Of a stretch of DNA of 64,000 nucleotides, positions 39,861 to 52,845 are shown piece by piece. The stretch covers positions 311,213-375,212 of the forward strand of contig NMRA01000358.1 in the NCBI GenBank assembly GCA_002633005.1. The letters are read 5' to 3'. This stretch comes from Phoronis australis (Eukaryota > Animalia > Phoronida). Under the pieces are notes generated by a model that was given only the letters and a program-made list of their open reading frames with translations, had not been told where the DNA came from and did not search any database. Within the stretch, counting starts at the first letter, position 1; each line of letters begins with the position of its first letter. A program made the translations under genes and the position numbers.

Positions 39861-41254
39861 TGACAACTCTGTAACCTAAAGTTTACCTAAATGTACAATA
39901 CACATTCATAATTACTGTCTCGTTTTTATATTCCTTACTTGTTTTATGTTGTGTTCTATTGTGTTGTAGGGTAGCCCTCATTGAAGCGACTTTTGCCTTA
40001 GAGGATCTCCGGCTTGTATCTGCGGCCGCCGCATAACTATCTGGAGGCCGCTACTACGAAAGTGACACTACGGAAGTCGTTCAATCTAGTGGTTTTAACG
40101 ATAATTAAGTGGCGGCCGCCAGATAATTATCTGGAGAGAATCAACCATTAATGATTTACTTTTCAAACGGTGAAACTAGTGGTCGTTAGCCCAGCCATTT
40201 TGCTAGAGTTAGGCCCTGTTCACACACTCCAATCTTTCATATACGACTGCTGGACCACTGTCTATTCTCACTGCGAATTTACTGTAGTGAAATGATATAC
40301 GATTTCAACTGAGGAACAGAAAAAAATACGGCGATCTGTTTCATTATTTGCTCTTGCTCAGTCTCAATGTGTGTGGAAAAGAATTGTAATTCATGTGCAT
40401 TTACGGGGAGCCCCTATTACATGGTTTTGCTGTCGAGGTACGTAGTGAACCGGGCGGAAATGGATGTGCCCCAACGTTCCTTTGCTCAATGCATTAATCC
40501 AGTTGTAGGCTAGCTCTGTTCAATAAGTGAACGTTGATACTTCAGCAACAACGAATAAACATGTTTTGCAATATAATATTACCAAGCTAACCAACTGCAA
40601 CATTGATCTCACAACGAATGACGTCAGATGAGAAAACAGACAAAGATAATTTGATCAAGAAAAAAATGTTTAAGGTAATACCCGGAGTATAAGGCTGCGG
40701 CCTTTTAGTAAAGAATGGCCGTGGCCTTACAATCTAGGTCACCTTCGTTTTTAGGTGTTATCAAAAAGCACAATATTTAAAATATAAGGCCTTTGCCTTA
40801 TATTTTGGGTAATATGGTCAATTTTTGGAAATTTGCAGATCGCAAAGTTTTCAAAGTACTTTTTTATCACCAACGGGTTACAACACGAATTCAGACTGTG
40901 TCAAGATTGTGTAATAATTATTTGGACTCTACCTCTGATGTCATACACGTAAAAATACTATAGCCATTCCCTATTCACCAGTTTGCCTAAGGATACTAGA
41001 ATGTCATTACTGCACAAATGCATGGATTGTCGTCTGAACGCTTTCGCCATGTTCTTCGTCATAGCCTCGTTGCCGTTGTTGTTAGTATGCCAGGCACCAG
41101 AAAATAACGTGATACAAATTGGGTTATGAAAACTTTAATAATTCCTTATTGGATAAAATATAAAATGACAGTAAGCAGTACCTACACATCCTTCAGATAA
41201 ATCAATGACCCCACACAGAGATCTTCAATTTAGTGTAAATTGCAGTAGCTCGTA

Positions 41255-41338
41255 CAGCCTCGTTCCAAAGCCTCAAGATGGCGTTAATCGGTTTAGTCAT
41301 AAAGATCAGCGTCATCCTTAGGCTTGGAAACGAGGCTA
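41255..41338. mobile_element. Short palindromic MITE
   Basis: AGCCTCGTTCCAAAGCCT ... AGGCTTGGAAACGAGGCT inverted arms. Confidence 0.65.
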
Positions 41339-41946
41339 CAGCTATGCATCGTTAATGGAAATAAAAAAGTAAAACAATTTCATACCCGTAGCCAGGGGGA
41401 GGGGGGTTCTGTGGGCTTCGATAAAGCCCTACCCCTGCGGAAAATGTCCAGCCCCGGCCTATCGGTTAAAGATGGGATATAGATGGACAACAACAGCAAA
41501 ATTGTTGCAGCTACTGGTACTACTAACTACAGTGATAACTAAGTCAGAAATAATTTTGAATTTACTTCACGTAACCATCGGGCCGTACCCGGTCAACTTC
41601 ACCCGAATGGCGTACAGACGATTAGAGGAGGCTTTATGTTATTCATAGGCATTGAAAGCGCGTGGTGGCTACAACATAGGGTAACAAGGAAGTCTAAAAG
41701 TATATATGTCTAAACTTAGCTAGGCTACATAGCAGCAAGAAAGCTCCCAAAAAGCAGTGCCTTGTGAATGCCTTAAAATCAATCAAAAACAAATTAGCAG
41801 AAAGTAGGTTTGTTATCTGTTATTTTGATAGTGGCATAGTGCGGTAAAGGGCAGACATTTTCAAATTTCCACTTTGGTTGTGGATTGGTAAATGACATGC
41901 ACGCGTTTCCATTCTTTTCAATTCAGTACACGCCGATGATAATTAA

Positions 41947-44040
41947 AGGAGAATGCCACCCGATTTAAATAGTCATTTTTTACCGTCGTAATCGGTCTAT
42001 ATCCACATCACCTCGTATACGGTCGATCTTACCTCGCCAAGAGGTGTTTCGTTAACCTGTGAGGAAGGTGAGAAACGACGAAACGACGTCAGTGGTTCTT
42101 GGCAGTGGTGCCGCTATGGTGTGGTGTATCGTTCCCGCTTGTGCGAACTATGAAGCTGATTTTTTTCGAATTTCTCGAGAGCCATAATGCTTCGGAAGTG
42201 GGTCGCGGTAGTGACGAATGAAAAGTACGCCGTTAATACCAAGTATGAGGCCGTGAAACTTATCCTTGTCTGTCAGTGGCCTGCATTTTGTCGGATCGGT
42301 TGTTGGTCAGTTTTTTTTTGTCGTTGGCCATGAAAACATAAACAATTACAATGAATTCAAGGCGAGAGAACATAACGTTTTACATAACCTGTTTGATGAC
42401 TGACTCGTTCGTGAGGCTTCTGTTTGGTCCTCTGGGTATAGAATATTTTCGCCAGTTCTTTTTCTCAACCCTGAAAAAACATCGCCAGCATACCTTTTTT
42501 AGATGCAGTGCAAAATCAATATGGTCCGTGAGACACATTTGCGCTTTTCCAAGAATTCGTGTCACTTGCGGAATTTCGTGGCAGCAAACGCAAGCGTCAG
42601 TCGTTTCCATTACCGTGCGGTTAGCTCATGGACTAGTCATTCAAACGGTTTTCGGAACTATCCATATGTTTCGTTGTCTATGCATGTTCACGGAACCTCT
42701 CTATTATTTTTTGATTAGTGTATTCCTGTAAAACCTAACGATCGACCTGTGAAGTCTTCGTCGGATGAGGACGTCGTCTAAGTCGGGATTGCGAGTTGTC
42801 ACGTTAACATTTAAATTTTGCGTTATGTTTGAAAATGAACTATTCTCACCCTAAACAATGCTCAGTGGCGGATTTAGAGGGGGAAAATTCTTCTAGTTTA
42901 CATTTGTCAGATGGGGGGTGCGAATGTCTGACCGGCAAAATCCTGGCTAATACTCTGCCATGGCCCCCCTAACTCAAAATCCTAGATCCGCCCCTGATGC
43001 TTATATTAAAGTAAAACAAAGTCTGTCTCATTAGATGCAATTTGTAATGCCTTGGAGTGAAAATGTTTTGAGAAGCCAACAATGAATAAATCATTGCGTT
43101 ACGGACTTTACATGTGCACTAATTAACTAATTGACCGGACACCAAGGCCGCCAGTGGGCGCATGCTAATTCAGTGTTTGCTGACAGAAAGCTGCTGTGAA
43201 ACAACAACTCCACTTTATATCCTATGGTCAGATGTTAGGGGTATCTTTATTTAGATACTCATATACATTGTTTGAATCAATGCTACTGTACAACTTTTGC
43301 CCTGACGGTTCTGTAGAAGTTAAACCTGACTTCGCGGCCCCCGACGAGCTAGTAAGTAGATTTGCAGTTTTGCGGCTAATTAACCTAAATAATCATCGTG
43401 CACATTTTTTCTTTGGCTTACTAGTATAGTCTTTTCGTGGCTGGAAGTTTAGTTTCTAACTTTGGCTGGTTTATGTTCGTCAGTGATGTTTTCAGTCCGG
43501 CCGCATGGGCCATGGGCCAAAGGGTAACGAGCCAATGGCCGGGATAGCACGCGTTTTATGTGTTTAGAACTGAAAAAATCGCAAGTTTAAAATTACAACA
43601 CGCAGCTATGTTCTCCTGTTTGTATTTCACGGACGAATAATTTGAATTTATCACCGAGCAGGCCTCAAACTCCCGCGACCGACCTTGGTACATTGGCACA
43701 CCGAACTTTGTAGGCTACGGTACGTTCAAATAACTAAAATGCGTAACAGCGAAATACAATAACACGTTTGTTCAATGCTCGATGTATTTGTAAGGGTTTT
43801 ACATCGAATTTTGATGATTTATTGGTGAAAAACGATGAATTCAAGCGATAAGCTGACACCAGTAAGCGGGTTGTGAACTGCTGAACAGACTGCATTCGAA
43901 TCTCTGAGGTCATTGCTAAATTTCAACGCCTCCGTCTCCAGCCAGGTGTCAGGTAAAAGAGCTGTACTTGCTGTTATCGAATGGAATTACTCGATCTAAA
44001 TTGAGACAAAATAGGTTATTTTTTTTGGTGGCATTCTCCT
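41947..44040 (+). mobile_element. Non-autonomous Kolobok-type DNA transposon, copy 1
   Basis: 14-bp TIR AGGAGAATGCCACC / GGTGGCATTCTCCT, left flank TTAA (right flank GTCA); THAP remnant on + from 42116 (MVWCIVPACAN..FFR...LRKWV, frameshifted) and Cys-rich remnant on - (METTDACVCCHEIPQV..CLTDHIDF, 42610-42380). Confidence 0.85.
42863..42996. mobile_element. 134-bp hAT-type MITE with 5-bp TSD nested in Kolobok copy 1
   Basis: CAGTGGCGGATTTAG ... CTAGATCCGCCCCTG, ATGCT on both sides; absent from the homologous position in copy 2 (~47235). Confidence 0.85.
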
Positions 44041-44254
44041 GTCAGTTCACCATAGGCAGTCCTCCGTTGTTGCTAAAAAATCAGACATTTACTCCGACTA
44101 GCATGTTCATATTTTAGGAAAAAGTAGGTCTAGACCTAATAAAAACTTTGGCCAATGAAGAAAGTCTTCTCTTGTCAATCAGAGCCAATAGCGCACAGCC
44201 TCGCAGGCGTCATACGAGCAACAAACTTGATGCAAAAGATTTCCAAGGTTGCAT

Positions 44255-44866
44255 GTCACTATTCCGAAGGTTCACTTCTCCGAAAATCCACTACTCCGAA
44301 GTTACTCCGAAAGTTCACGACTTCGAATGTCCACAATTCCGAAACAAGAACTCCTACAGTTCATTACTCTGATTGTCTGCTAATGAGTCGGAACTGGCAT
44401 GAGAAAAGTATTGTCCATTTATTAACTATTTAAAGGGTGTGCAAAATTTGAATAGTTCTTAAAACTTTGATTACATTGTTTACAAATGAGCTCAGTTCCA
44501 ATCATTGCCAATCCTAAATCTTGAATCTAACGACTCATAGAGTCTCAAGAAGAGACAAAATCGGGTAAGGACTTTGATGAATATAACGTGGTTGATAATA
44601 CAGAAATATTGATTTCCTCCTTCATGTTCTTTTAAAAATTCAAGCACGTACTCATTTTCCGTATTCGAAAGGCTTGCGGGCAATTTCCCATGCAGGCGTT
44701 GTTTGAGCATAGGTACACCACCTAGTGTATCTAATTAGAGAAGTGTCGCTTATTTTTGCAGGCAAAAGTATATGTGACACACTCAAGTCCGAAATTTTAG
44801 ATTTTTTGGAGTAGTGAACCTTCGGAATAGTAACTCCTCAGAGTAGTGAACCTTTGGAATAGTTCC
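44255..44866. mobile_element. Non-autonomous element with inverted subterminal repeats (CACTA(T/C)TCCGAAGGTT)
   Basis: Repeats at 44255-44370 mirrored by AGTAGTGAACCTTCGGAATAG at 44807-44866; ends approximate. Confidence 0.6.
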
Positions 44867-45789
44867 CATTTCCAGCGATGTAAGCAAGTTAAGTAATACG
44901 CAAAATACAACCAGATCAAAATATTTAAGTCGATCATTCTCCGATTAAATATTTCCGCCCGAGTACGTGATGAGGTGTAATCACTCATTTAAGCACGCAC
45001 GGTTTGAAAGTTTGGCAGGGCCGGGGTAACGCGGGAATGCTCTCTTTCTGGACCACATTATGTCCGACTTTAGGTCCCATTCTTTGTGAGCAATCGTCAG
45101 GGCATCCTCATTTCCGATATTAAGAATTCCGTCTGATCTTGGGAACATAGAGCCGAGAGTCGTCGTTGTGTATACAGACCGCCTCCCCCCCTAGTTAAGC
45201 TGCGTCAGGAGCCTAACCGTGTGTCGACACTTGGAAGATATCAAAGGTCCACCGTACTAGAAATTCGAACCACCCCGCGCGCAATGCTGGCTATGGGCTT
45301 GCAATTGCTATCAATACGACAACAATCTGATAAAGGAAATGACATGGAATGAAGTATTAATTATAGAGAATTCAAGTAACATTTATATGGACCTGTGTGA
45401 GCAGCAAAAAGAGAATAAGCAGCGCACAGATCAAGCCAAAGAAGCAAAGTTTAAAATCAAATTCATCAAGTGGTCAGCGGTGAATGTCAATGAAGTTCAT
45501 TCGTTTCATTCCAAGTGTAATTAGCAACATTAATTATTGTCTATGAAGAAATTTGAACCCACCTATGTCATACATACAAAAGCCAGAATGGTTTTCAGGC
45601 AAAACCTTTTGCTTAAGAAAAACGGCAGCCGCCGAGATCCTGGTAAACTTAGTTAAAAACGAAAAACAAATAATAGAGAAATGCAAAATGTTTACAATTA
45701 ATGTACCACAGTTGGATGGCTCTCCAAGCGTTCTAGCAGCCATTATAGAAACTTCGAGTAAATTGCATAAATATATATAAATAAATGAA

Positions 45790-45865
45790 TAAGTAACAAT
45801 AATAAAACTAATAACAATAATGATAATGATTATCGTTATAATTATCGTTATTATTATTATTATTG
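45790..45865. repeat. AAT/TAT-rich microsatellite
   Basis: Low-complexity trinucleotide tract. Confidence 0.7.
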
Positions 45866-46352
45866 TGTAATTATGTGAAAATATGAGCGCATCAACGTTA
45901 ATTTTCTCCCTGTGATATTTGTTATTGTGATCGTATTTTTATCCGTTGTTATCTCTATCATTCGTCTGCCTACATGTGTTTTCGTTTAACGGACAGGTAC
46001 GTGTATTGTTTAATGCAGTGTGAAATAGACAATTTAGGGAAGTACTCAGATCGTACCTGCACATAGTATTTTTTACGGTTTTTTTTTCGTTCTTGTTGTT
46101 TTCCGTGCCTTTTAGACCATGAAAATTCCTAAACGACTTGAAAATCTGTCTTTGGAATTTCACACTGGTCATTCGCCAGTAGGTGAAATTTGAAGTCTTA
46201 TATTTTTATATTCCAAAGTACGTCAGCACTCAATTGACACAAAACTCATCTAATTATGAAATGTTACCTTTCCTAGAGTTTTAAAGGTATGCTGGTAAAC
46301 TTCGATACACACGTGTAAGCTTACATGCCACTTAAAAGGGACTAGGTCTTAA

Positions 46353-47822
46353 AGGAGAATGCTACCTAAAAATCAACTTATTTTGTATCAGTTTAGATCG
46401 AATAGTTCCACTCTGTAACAGCAAGTACAGCTCTTTTACCTGACACCTGACGGCAGACGGAGGTGTTGAAATTAACCAATGACGTCAAAGATTCAAATGC
46501 AGTCTGCACAACAGTTCACAACACGCTTACTGGTGTCAGCTTATCGCTTGAATTCATCGTTTTACACCAATAAATCATTAAAATTCGATGTAAAACCCTT
46601 AAAAATACATCGAGTTATGGAACAAATATGTTTTTTTTTCGCTGTTAAGGATTTTTAGGTATTTGAACGTTTCATAGACTACAAAGTTCGGAAGGCCAAT
46701 TTGCCAAGGAGTTTGGGGTCTGTTCGGTGATAAATTCAAATTAGTCGTCCTTGAAATACACACAGGAGAACACGCCTTCGTGTTGTAATCTTAGACTTGC
46801 AATGTTTTTCAGTTCTAAGTACACAAAACGCTTACTATCCCGGCCAGTGGCTCGCAACCCATCGGGGCCGGACAGAAGACATCACAAACATAAACCAGCC
46901 AAAGTTGCAAACTAAACTTCCAGTCAGGAAAAGACTATACTAGTGAGCCAACGTTGTACAGGAACAATGATTCGAATAATTTATATGAATATCTAAATAA
47001 AGATTCCCCTAACATCTGACCATAAGGTATAAAATCGAGTTACTTTTTCACAACCGCTTTTTGTCAGCAAACACTGAATTAGCATGCGCTCACACGGTCT
47101 CGGTGAAAGCCGGCAACGCAATGATTTATTCTTTAATGGCTTCTCAAAACATTTGCACTCACGAACACTCCAAGGCATCACAAATTGTATCATAGGAGAC
47201 AGACTTACAGACTTTGTTTCAGTTTTATATGCTGAGCATTGGTTAGGGTGAGAATAATTCATTTTAAAACAGAACGCAAAATATAAACGTCAACCTGGCA
47301 ACTCGCAATCCCGACTTAGACGAGTGCTTATCCGACGAAGACTTCACAGGTCGATCGTTAGGTTTCACAGGAATACATTGATCAAAAACAATAGAGAGGC
47401 TCCGTGAACGTGCACAGACAACGGAACATATGGATAGTTCCGAAAACCGTTTGAATGACTTGTCATGGTGTCAGTGAGCTAAGTGCCCGATAATGGAAAC
47501 GGCTGAAGATTGCGTTTGCTGCCACGAAATTCCGCAAGTGAAACGCCTTCTTGGAGAAGCGCAGATGTAACTCACGGACCACCCTGATTTTGCACCGCGT
47601 CTAAAAAAGTGTGCTTACGACGCTTTTTAGAGCTGAGAAAAAGAACGGGGGAAAACGCCCATAGGACTAAACAGAACCACTGACGTCGCTTTGTCGTTTC
47701 TCACCTTCCTCACACGTTAACACGACACCTCTCGGCGAGGTAAGATCGACTGTGTACGAGGACATGTGGATATAGACGGATTAGGACGGTAAAAGGCTAA
47801 TTAAATCAGGTGGTATTCTCCT
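46353..47822 (-). mobile_element. Non-autonomous Kolobok-type DNA transposon, copy 2 (inverted relative to copy 1)
   Basis: TTAA|AGGAGAATGCTACC ... GGTGGTATTCTCCT|TTAA; colinear reverse complement of 41947-44040 with deletions; remnant MDSSENRLNDLSWCQ*AKCPIMETAEDCVCCHEIPQV...*LTDHPDF on + at 47430-47600. Confidence 0.9.
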
Positions 47823-47840
47823 TTAACTCCAAAAGACAAG

Positions 47841-48071
47841 GGGCCGTTCCAACAAAACAGACTTAGCTGGGACAAATCTTAAATTTTACTAAATTTTAAA
47901 ATACAAGTTAAATTTGTCTCAAAACCAATTCAAGAAAGAAATCTAAAGTTCGACTTAAGTGTGTGACATAAGTCTTAATTTTGACTAACTTACCGAATGT
48001 GGAAGTTTCAAAGTTTGGAATCTTAAACTTAAGTCAAAAATGAACTTAAGTCAATTTCTTGGAACAGGCCC
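47841..48071. mobile_element. PIF/Harbinger-like MITE, copy 1
   Basis: Ends GGGCCGTTCCAA ... TTGGAACAGGCCC, flanks AAG/CAG; inverted second copy at 53313-53556. Confidence 0.75.
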
Positions 48072-49899
48072 CAGTACTACGAAGGTCGTTACTTGGAGAC
48101 GTTATTTCACGATGAACCATTTCTGAGATACGATTTTCCGATACACACTATAACATTTTTCTGGCTTCCCAATTAAACTTACCTGAAAGCCTCAAGGGCC
48201 GCTGAAAACACTTAAAAGTTAACATCATGAGATTAGAATAGTCAAGTCAAGTAAAAAATTTGTATGCAAGATTGTGTGAAGATTTTCTTCCAGTCATGAA
48301 TGTTTAGCAATGAATAAATTCCAAAATTCTAAGCAACCTCAAAAGTGCACAACACCCTCAAAATGGACGATGTATTGTTTCTTAATAACGAATATATCTG
48401 TTTCTCATCTTTACTTGCTGCTAGCCGCTTGACCACTAGCTCGCATGCAAAGCGCATGTTTGTTTGGTCTGCGCCTTTGTTCAACACCAGATGTGATTGA
48501 GTTGCCCAGCACAACACCGGTGCTACTCCATATTGCGTATAAATATATGCTTGTGCACCACACATATGAGGTACTAATAATTTAAACGTCATTATCTATG
48601 CAGCTGTAAAAGCAGCGTGTTCTCGCAAACATCAAAGCGTGAAAATCGGCAATAAATAAAAGTCCATGAGTCACGAACTTGTCTTTCGTATTCGTGTATA
48701 TTTTTAAATTCACAAACAACTACTAAAGAGGATAGTTCTTTTTGTGCACGGGTTTCCTTTTTTCTCAAACCGTGCGTGTTTTTCAACTTTAAACACCTTG
48801 TTTGTACAATGAAGTATCAAAACAACCAAATTTATGAATTTATACATTCATGAACAAATTGAGTGAAGATTCTTTATTTTGATATTTTCCATTTTAAATC
48901 ACGATGTTAGGATGATCCCCGTTGATAAACTTGTGTTACCTCAAGTGGTCAGAGATAGATTATAGACCACTTAGGAACTGAATCACTAATTACATGATAA
49001 GGATAAATATAAAGTAATGAGGTTGTAACACCCCACACAATATCGCGTTTACCACCTAATAATTCTGTTCTTGATATAAACTTGACCCCATTTTTTTGCT
49101 TGTAATCCATGAAAAAATAGTGTGTACACACTGGTTAAACTAAGTTAAACAAATTCTAAAAAGCTTTGTCAATAGGAGGATTTGTAACAAACCGTTTACT
49201 CTAGCAGAAGTTTAATTTTAGTGGAGTACACAGAATAACATTTCAAGCAATGTTGCCGACACACACCTGTTTTATACCTATTCAAACTCAGCCACGTTCC
49301 TTTCAGCAACAAATCAAGAGGTACCCTTTTAAGTTTCGATTATAATTCCTTGTAAAGCGCATGCGTATGAAACAGAGCAAGGTCGTTTTACAATTCAAGA
49401 AAGTTTCTTAACATCAGTAAAATGTAAAACATTTCACGGCACCTTACGTTCAAATATCAAACCAGCAAAAACTCAGTTAAAAGGATAACAAACCCGGTTT
49501 TGACCTATTAACAGATATTAAAATTGATGTTCCCACCTCGTTCTCTGAAACAAATTAATGCTCTGTAATCCTCAACAACCCTCAAATGTTTCGAGCAAAA
49601 ATTAAAAAATCCTTACGAAGCTTACTTAACGGGCAAGTGTGGCCTACGTTTAGGTGAGTTTCACGACAACTGTAGGGACGACCACCCACCAAGAACCACA
49701 ATACCCTATATGTGACACAGAGAGTAAGAATTTTTTAGTTGGAACTTGGATCCTGCTTTTATCGCTCAAGTGTGACGCCAGTGATGCATTAAAAGGTGGC
49801 AGAACAAAGATTGGTTGACTGGAACTCACCGAAACAGGGTTTAGTACGGTATGCTTTTTAGTGGTGAACTTGCGAAACTTAAGCAATCTATGTTTTCTT

Positions 49900-50240
49900 C
49901 CAACAGATTCCAAATTTGTAGATCAAAAATGCTGTCATACACGTTCTGGGTTGTTCGATGGCTACCTGAAATTGCAGCTGATTTCCCAGTCGCTACTCAG
50001 CAATGCCAGAATGCTTTTGGGCCGCCATTTTGAATAAAAACATCTATAGTCGAACTAGTGCACTTTTCTCATTCCCCACATGTTCATAAAAACAAAGAAA
50101 CCAGAGTTTTTGAACCTACATGCAATTCCAAACCCGAAACTGCCGCCAAACCTCGCACGTCACAAATATTTAATTTCTAGGCTTTGCAAATTAACTGCGG
50201 ATGCAGTCCACCCTTTCGGCGCCACCATTAGTCCAAGGTC
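49900..50240. repeat. Old dispersed repeat, copy 2 (inverted homolog of ~27380-27760)
   Basis: See copy 1; boundaries approximate. Confidence 0.7.
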
Positions 50241-50606
50241 GCACTACGCATCCTGCGATCTGGCCTCACATCCGGGTGAGAATGAAAGGAGATTTTGCTG
50301 TTGCTTTTGCTGCATAAAACCAAAGAAATTTTTCTTGCTGTTCACGGCCCATTTTGTGACAGACTTTGTTTGTGAATTTAAAATGAGATCGTCAATTGAG
50401 GCTTGCATGAGGAAATGGGGGAGGGGCAGGGGATAACCAACTCCCTCAAAAGTATTCAAACAGGAAATGACTGTCATTGCTAATTTTCAAAATTGCTTCA
50501 TTTGTCTTTTCTTGGTTAACACATGTGCGTGTTATGAGGTTTTACAAGTTGTAAATACACTTTCAACAATAAAACCCCAAAAAGCAAGCTCTCGCGGATA
50601 CGTTAC

Positions 50607-52796
50607 TACGAAGGCTCATTAGTGTCAGGGAATAATAAAATTTGAATCTATTGTTACGGATTTTTAAAATGTTATTACGGATTGCCAATCTGTTCTTACG
50701 GATTGCCAATCTGTTCTTACGGATTGCCAATCTGTTATTACGGATTGCCAATTACGAATTGCCAATCTGTTCTTACGGATTTCCACTTTGTAATTACGAT
50801 TGCCAATCTGTAAGTACGGATTGTCAAATATTTTATTGCAGATTGATACCCCATTAATAAATATTCGGTTGCGCCTCTTAGTTGTCAGAAAAAATGAGGG
50901 TGTTTATTCGTATACATTTCTATTCAGGCCTTAGCTATGTCGAGATTCTGTTGTCGTTGTCAATAACGCATAATGTGCTTATAAGCATGCCAACTCTTCA
51001 ACGGCAACTTCGAAACATGGGGTCATTTTGGGCAAGAAACACACAGACATCAGAACGCCTTCATAGTTGTCGATGGATACATTTGAAGTGCAAAAACTGT
51101 ACTGATTATAGACACAGAAAGCGTCCGCCATCTGTTACGAATCTTAGATCCCGATGGAATACGACACAAAGCAAGAGAGAGCGGTAGCAGAGACGCATGT
51201 ATAGAGTAAGAGCCTCTAATTTTATGTGGCACATCGGCTCTTACGATAAACTGAAGCATTTTGAAATATGTATCAGTGACTTCTTAGATGGGGTTTTCAA
51301 ACAGATAATGTAGCTGGAGGCGAACACAAGTAGTGATCCAAAAGTTATCGCTGGTTATTACATGTAAGCTGTACACGACAGAAATGCGTGTCGATGAGTG
51401 AGTAGGGCAGATTTCGGCAACGAGAACTTGGTCTTGCAACAATTGCGTTTGTTTATGTGATGAATTTGCCTTGATGCATTTGTTGGTGAAAAAATGTCCA
51501 TCGTAATTGATAACAGTCAGACCAATCAACGCAATGAGTTTTGGAGAAGTATCTTGCGTAAGCAACTTGTCCAATTTTGGATGAAAAATTTTCACTAATT
51601 AAAAAACAACAGCAAATTCAGCGGATTTTTTTTCGATATTTTTGATTTATGTCTGCCATTTGAATATTATTCAGGTATGTTTTCCCAGTATGAGAAGTGA
51701 AACGAATGTTGTACCACAAGCTCCCTCTTAAGCGGGTTTTGTCGACCGTCAGGGAAATCAAGAACAGTCGTATTCTATCCAGAAACGAAACACAATGTGT
51801 AACAGGCCTGTGCGTGTGTGGTGTGTGTACGCACGCGCGCGCGTGTGTCTGTGTGTGTAGGTGTGCTTTTGTTTATATTGAAAAATATTCTTAGTCCCAC
51901 ATCCATGCGTTTTCAGTATTTATTGAGCCGTTGCAGGAGAATGCAAAGCAAGATTCTTTATTTTGTTTCGAAGCAATGTGAACAACCTGTATCCTTAGCT
52001 ACTGATCAAAATGCCAACGCATTAAAAATGCCAACAAGGAAAGTCAAATGAACTGTTTAGAAGAGTGAGGCATCTGAACCCGTTTGTAAAAGTGACGCGC
52101 CACTTTGTAATCGTTCAATAACTTTTTGACGTCATGCAAAGAAACAAACTTATCCAACATTCTAAAGTAGGATGATGAAACCCAGTTCAGACGCACCTGA
52201 TGGTACACGACATAATGGATCCTATTATGTAAAAATGGAACAAATCTCGACTTCGTCCCTTAAGGCCCCGTGCAGTGGTAGTGTAAGTGAAGCCGAAATC
52301 GAAATATTCAAACTAGAATAACTGAAGTTAGCGGCAGTGAATATTTCTGTTGAAGCCATGTATGAACTCCATTCAGTCCAAGGGTTAATGTAATTAGGAA
52401 CGCTAACTCACTGTATCGAAAAGGGAAAAAGGGGGAACCACTCAAAATGTTGAGGAATTCAAAGCGGAGCTTTAATGAAATAAAATGCATTTAGATTCAA
52501 CGCTGATGAATCTAGATCTAGGTGCTATCAATTAAAGGCGGTGAGCTTTAAATGAAAAAGTTTGTTAGATTCTAGTTTAATTCAATGAAGTTCTCAAATG
52601 TCAATGGCGTTTCCAACACCTTGCTCGGCGTATGAGCCACTGGTTGTGGGCAATCATTGCCAATCGGTAATCGCTGATTGGCAATCCCTAATAACAGATC
52701 GTGAATCCGAAATAACAGATTGACATTCCGTAATTATATATTGGCAATTCGTAATAACAGATTCAATTTTTTTCCTGACACTAATGGGCATTTGTA
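50607..52796 (+). mobile_element. Defective IS3EU-type DNA transposon (2190 bp)
   Basis: TAC...GTA termini, TIR TACGAAGGCTCATTAGTGTCAGG (20/23 match), 6-bp TSD CGTTAC, 21-bp subterminal repeats TTACGGATTGCCAATCTGTTC, decayed transposase. Confidence 0.88.
50882..51380 (+). pseudogene. IS3EU transposase remnant
   Basis: FYSGLSYVEILLSLSITHNVLISMPTLQRQL; after frameshifts VRHLLRILDPDG, SNFMWHIGSYDKLKHFEICISDFLDGFS, DPKVIAGYY; stops and frameshifts present. Confidence 0.8.
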
Positions 52797-52845
52797 CGTT
52801 ACGATGACCCTTTCTGTTGAATGCCCCTCCTTTTTAAAGTGTGTA

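Larger units (their letters stand above)
41381..45301. mobile_element. Possible old hAT-like element enclosing Kolobok copy 1
   Basis: Ends CATACCCGTAGCCAG / CTGGCTATGGGCTTG (12/15 inverted match); flanks CAATTT / CAATTG. Confidence 0.45.

Noticed and set aside
42380-42610. P2X purinoceptor 7-like gene
   Set aside because: Only the Cys-rich fragment is present, disrupted and inside TIRs; it is a transposon remnant.
50563-50857. ORFs with RIANL / AIRKNRL repeats
   Set aside because: Translations of the 21-bp subterminal repeats of the IS3EU element.
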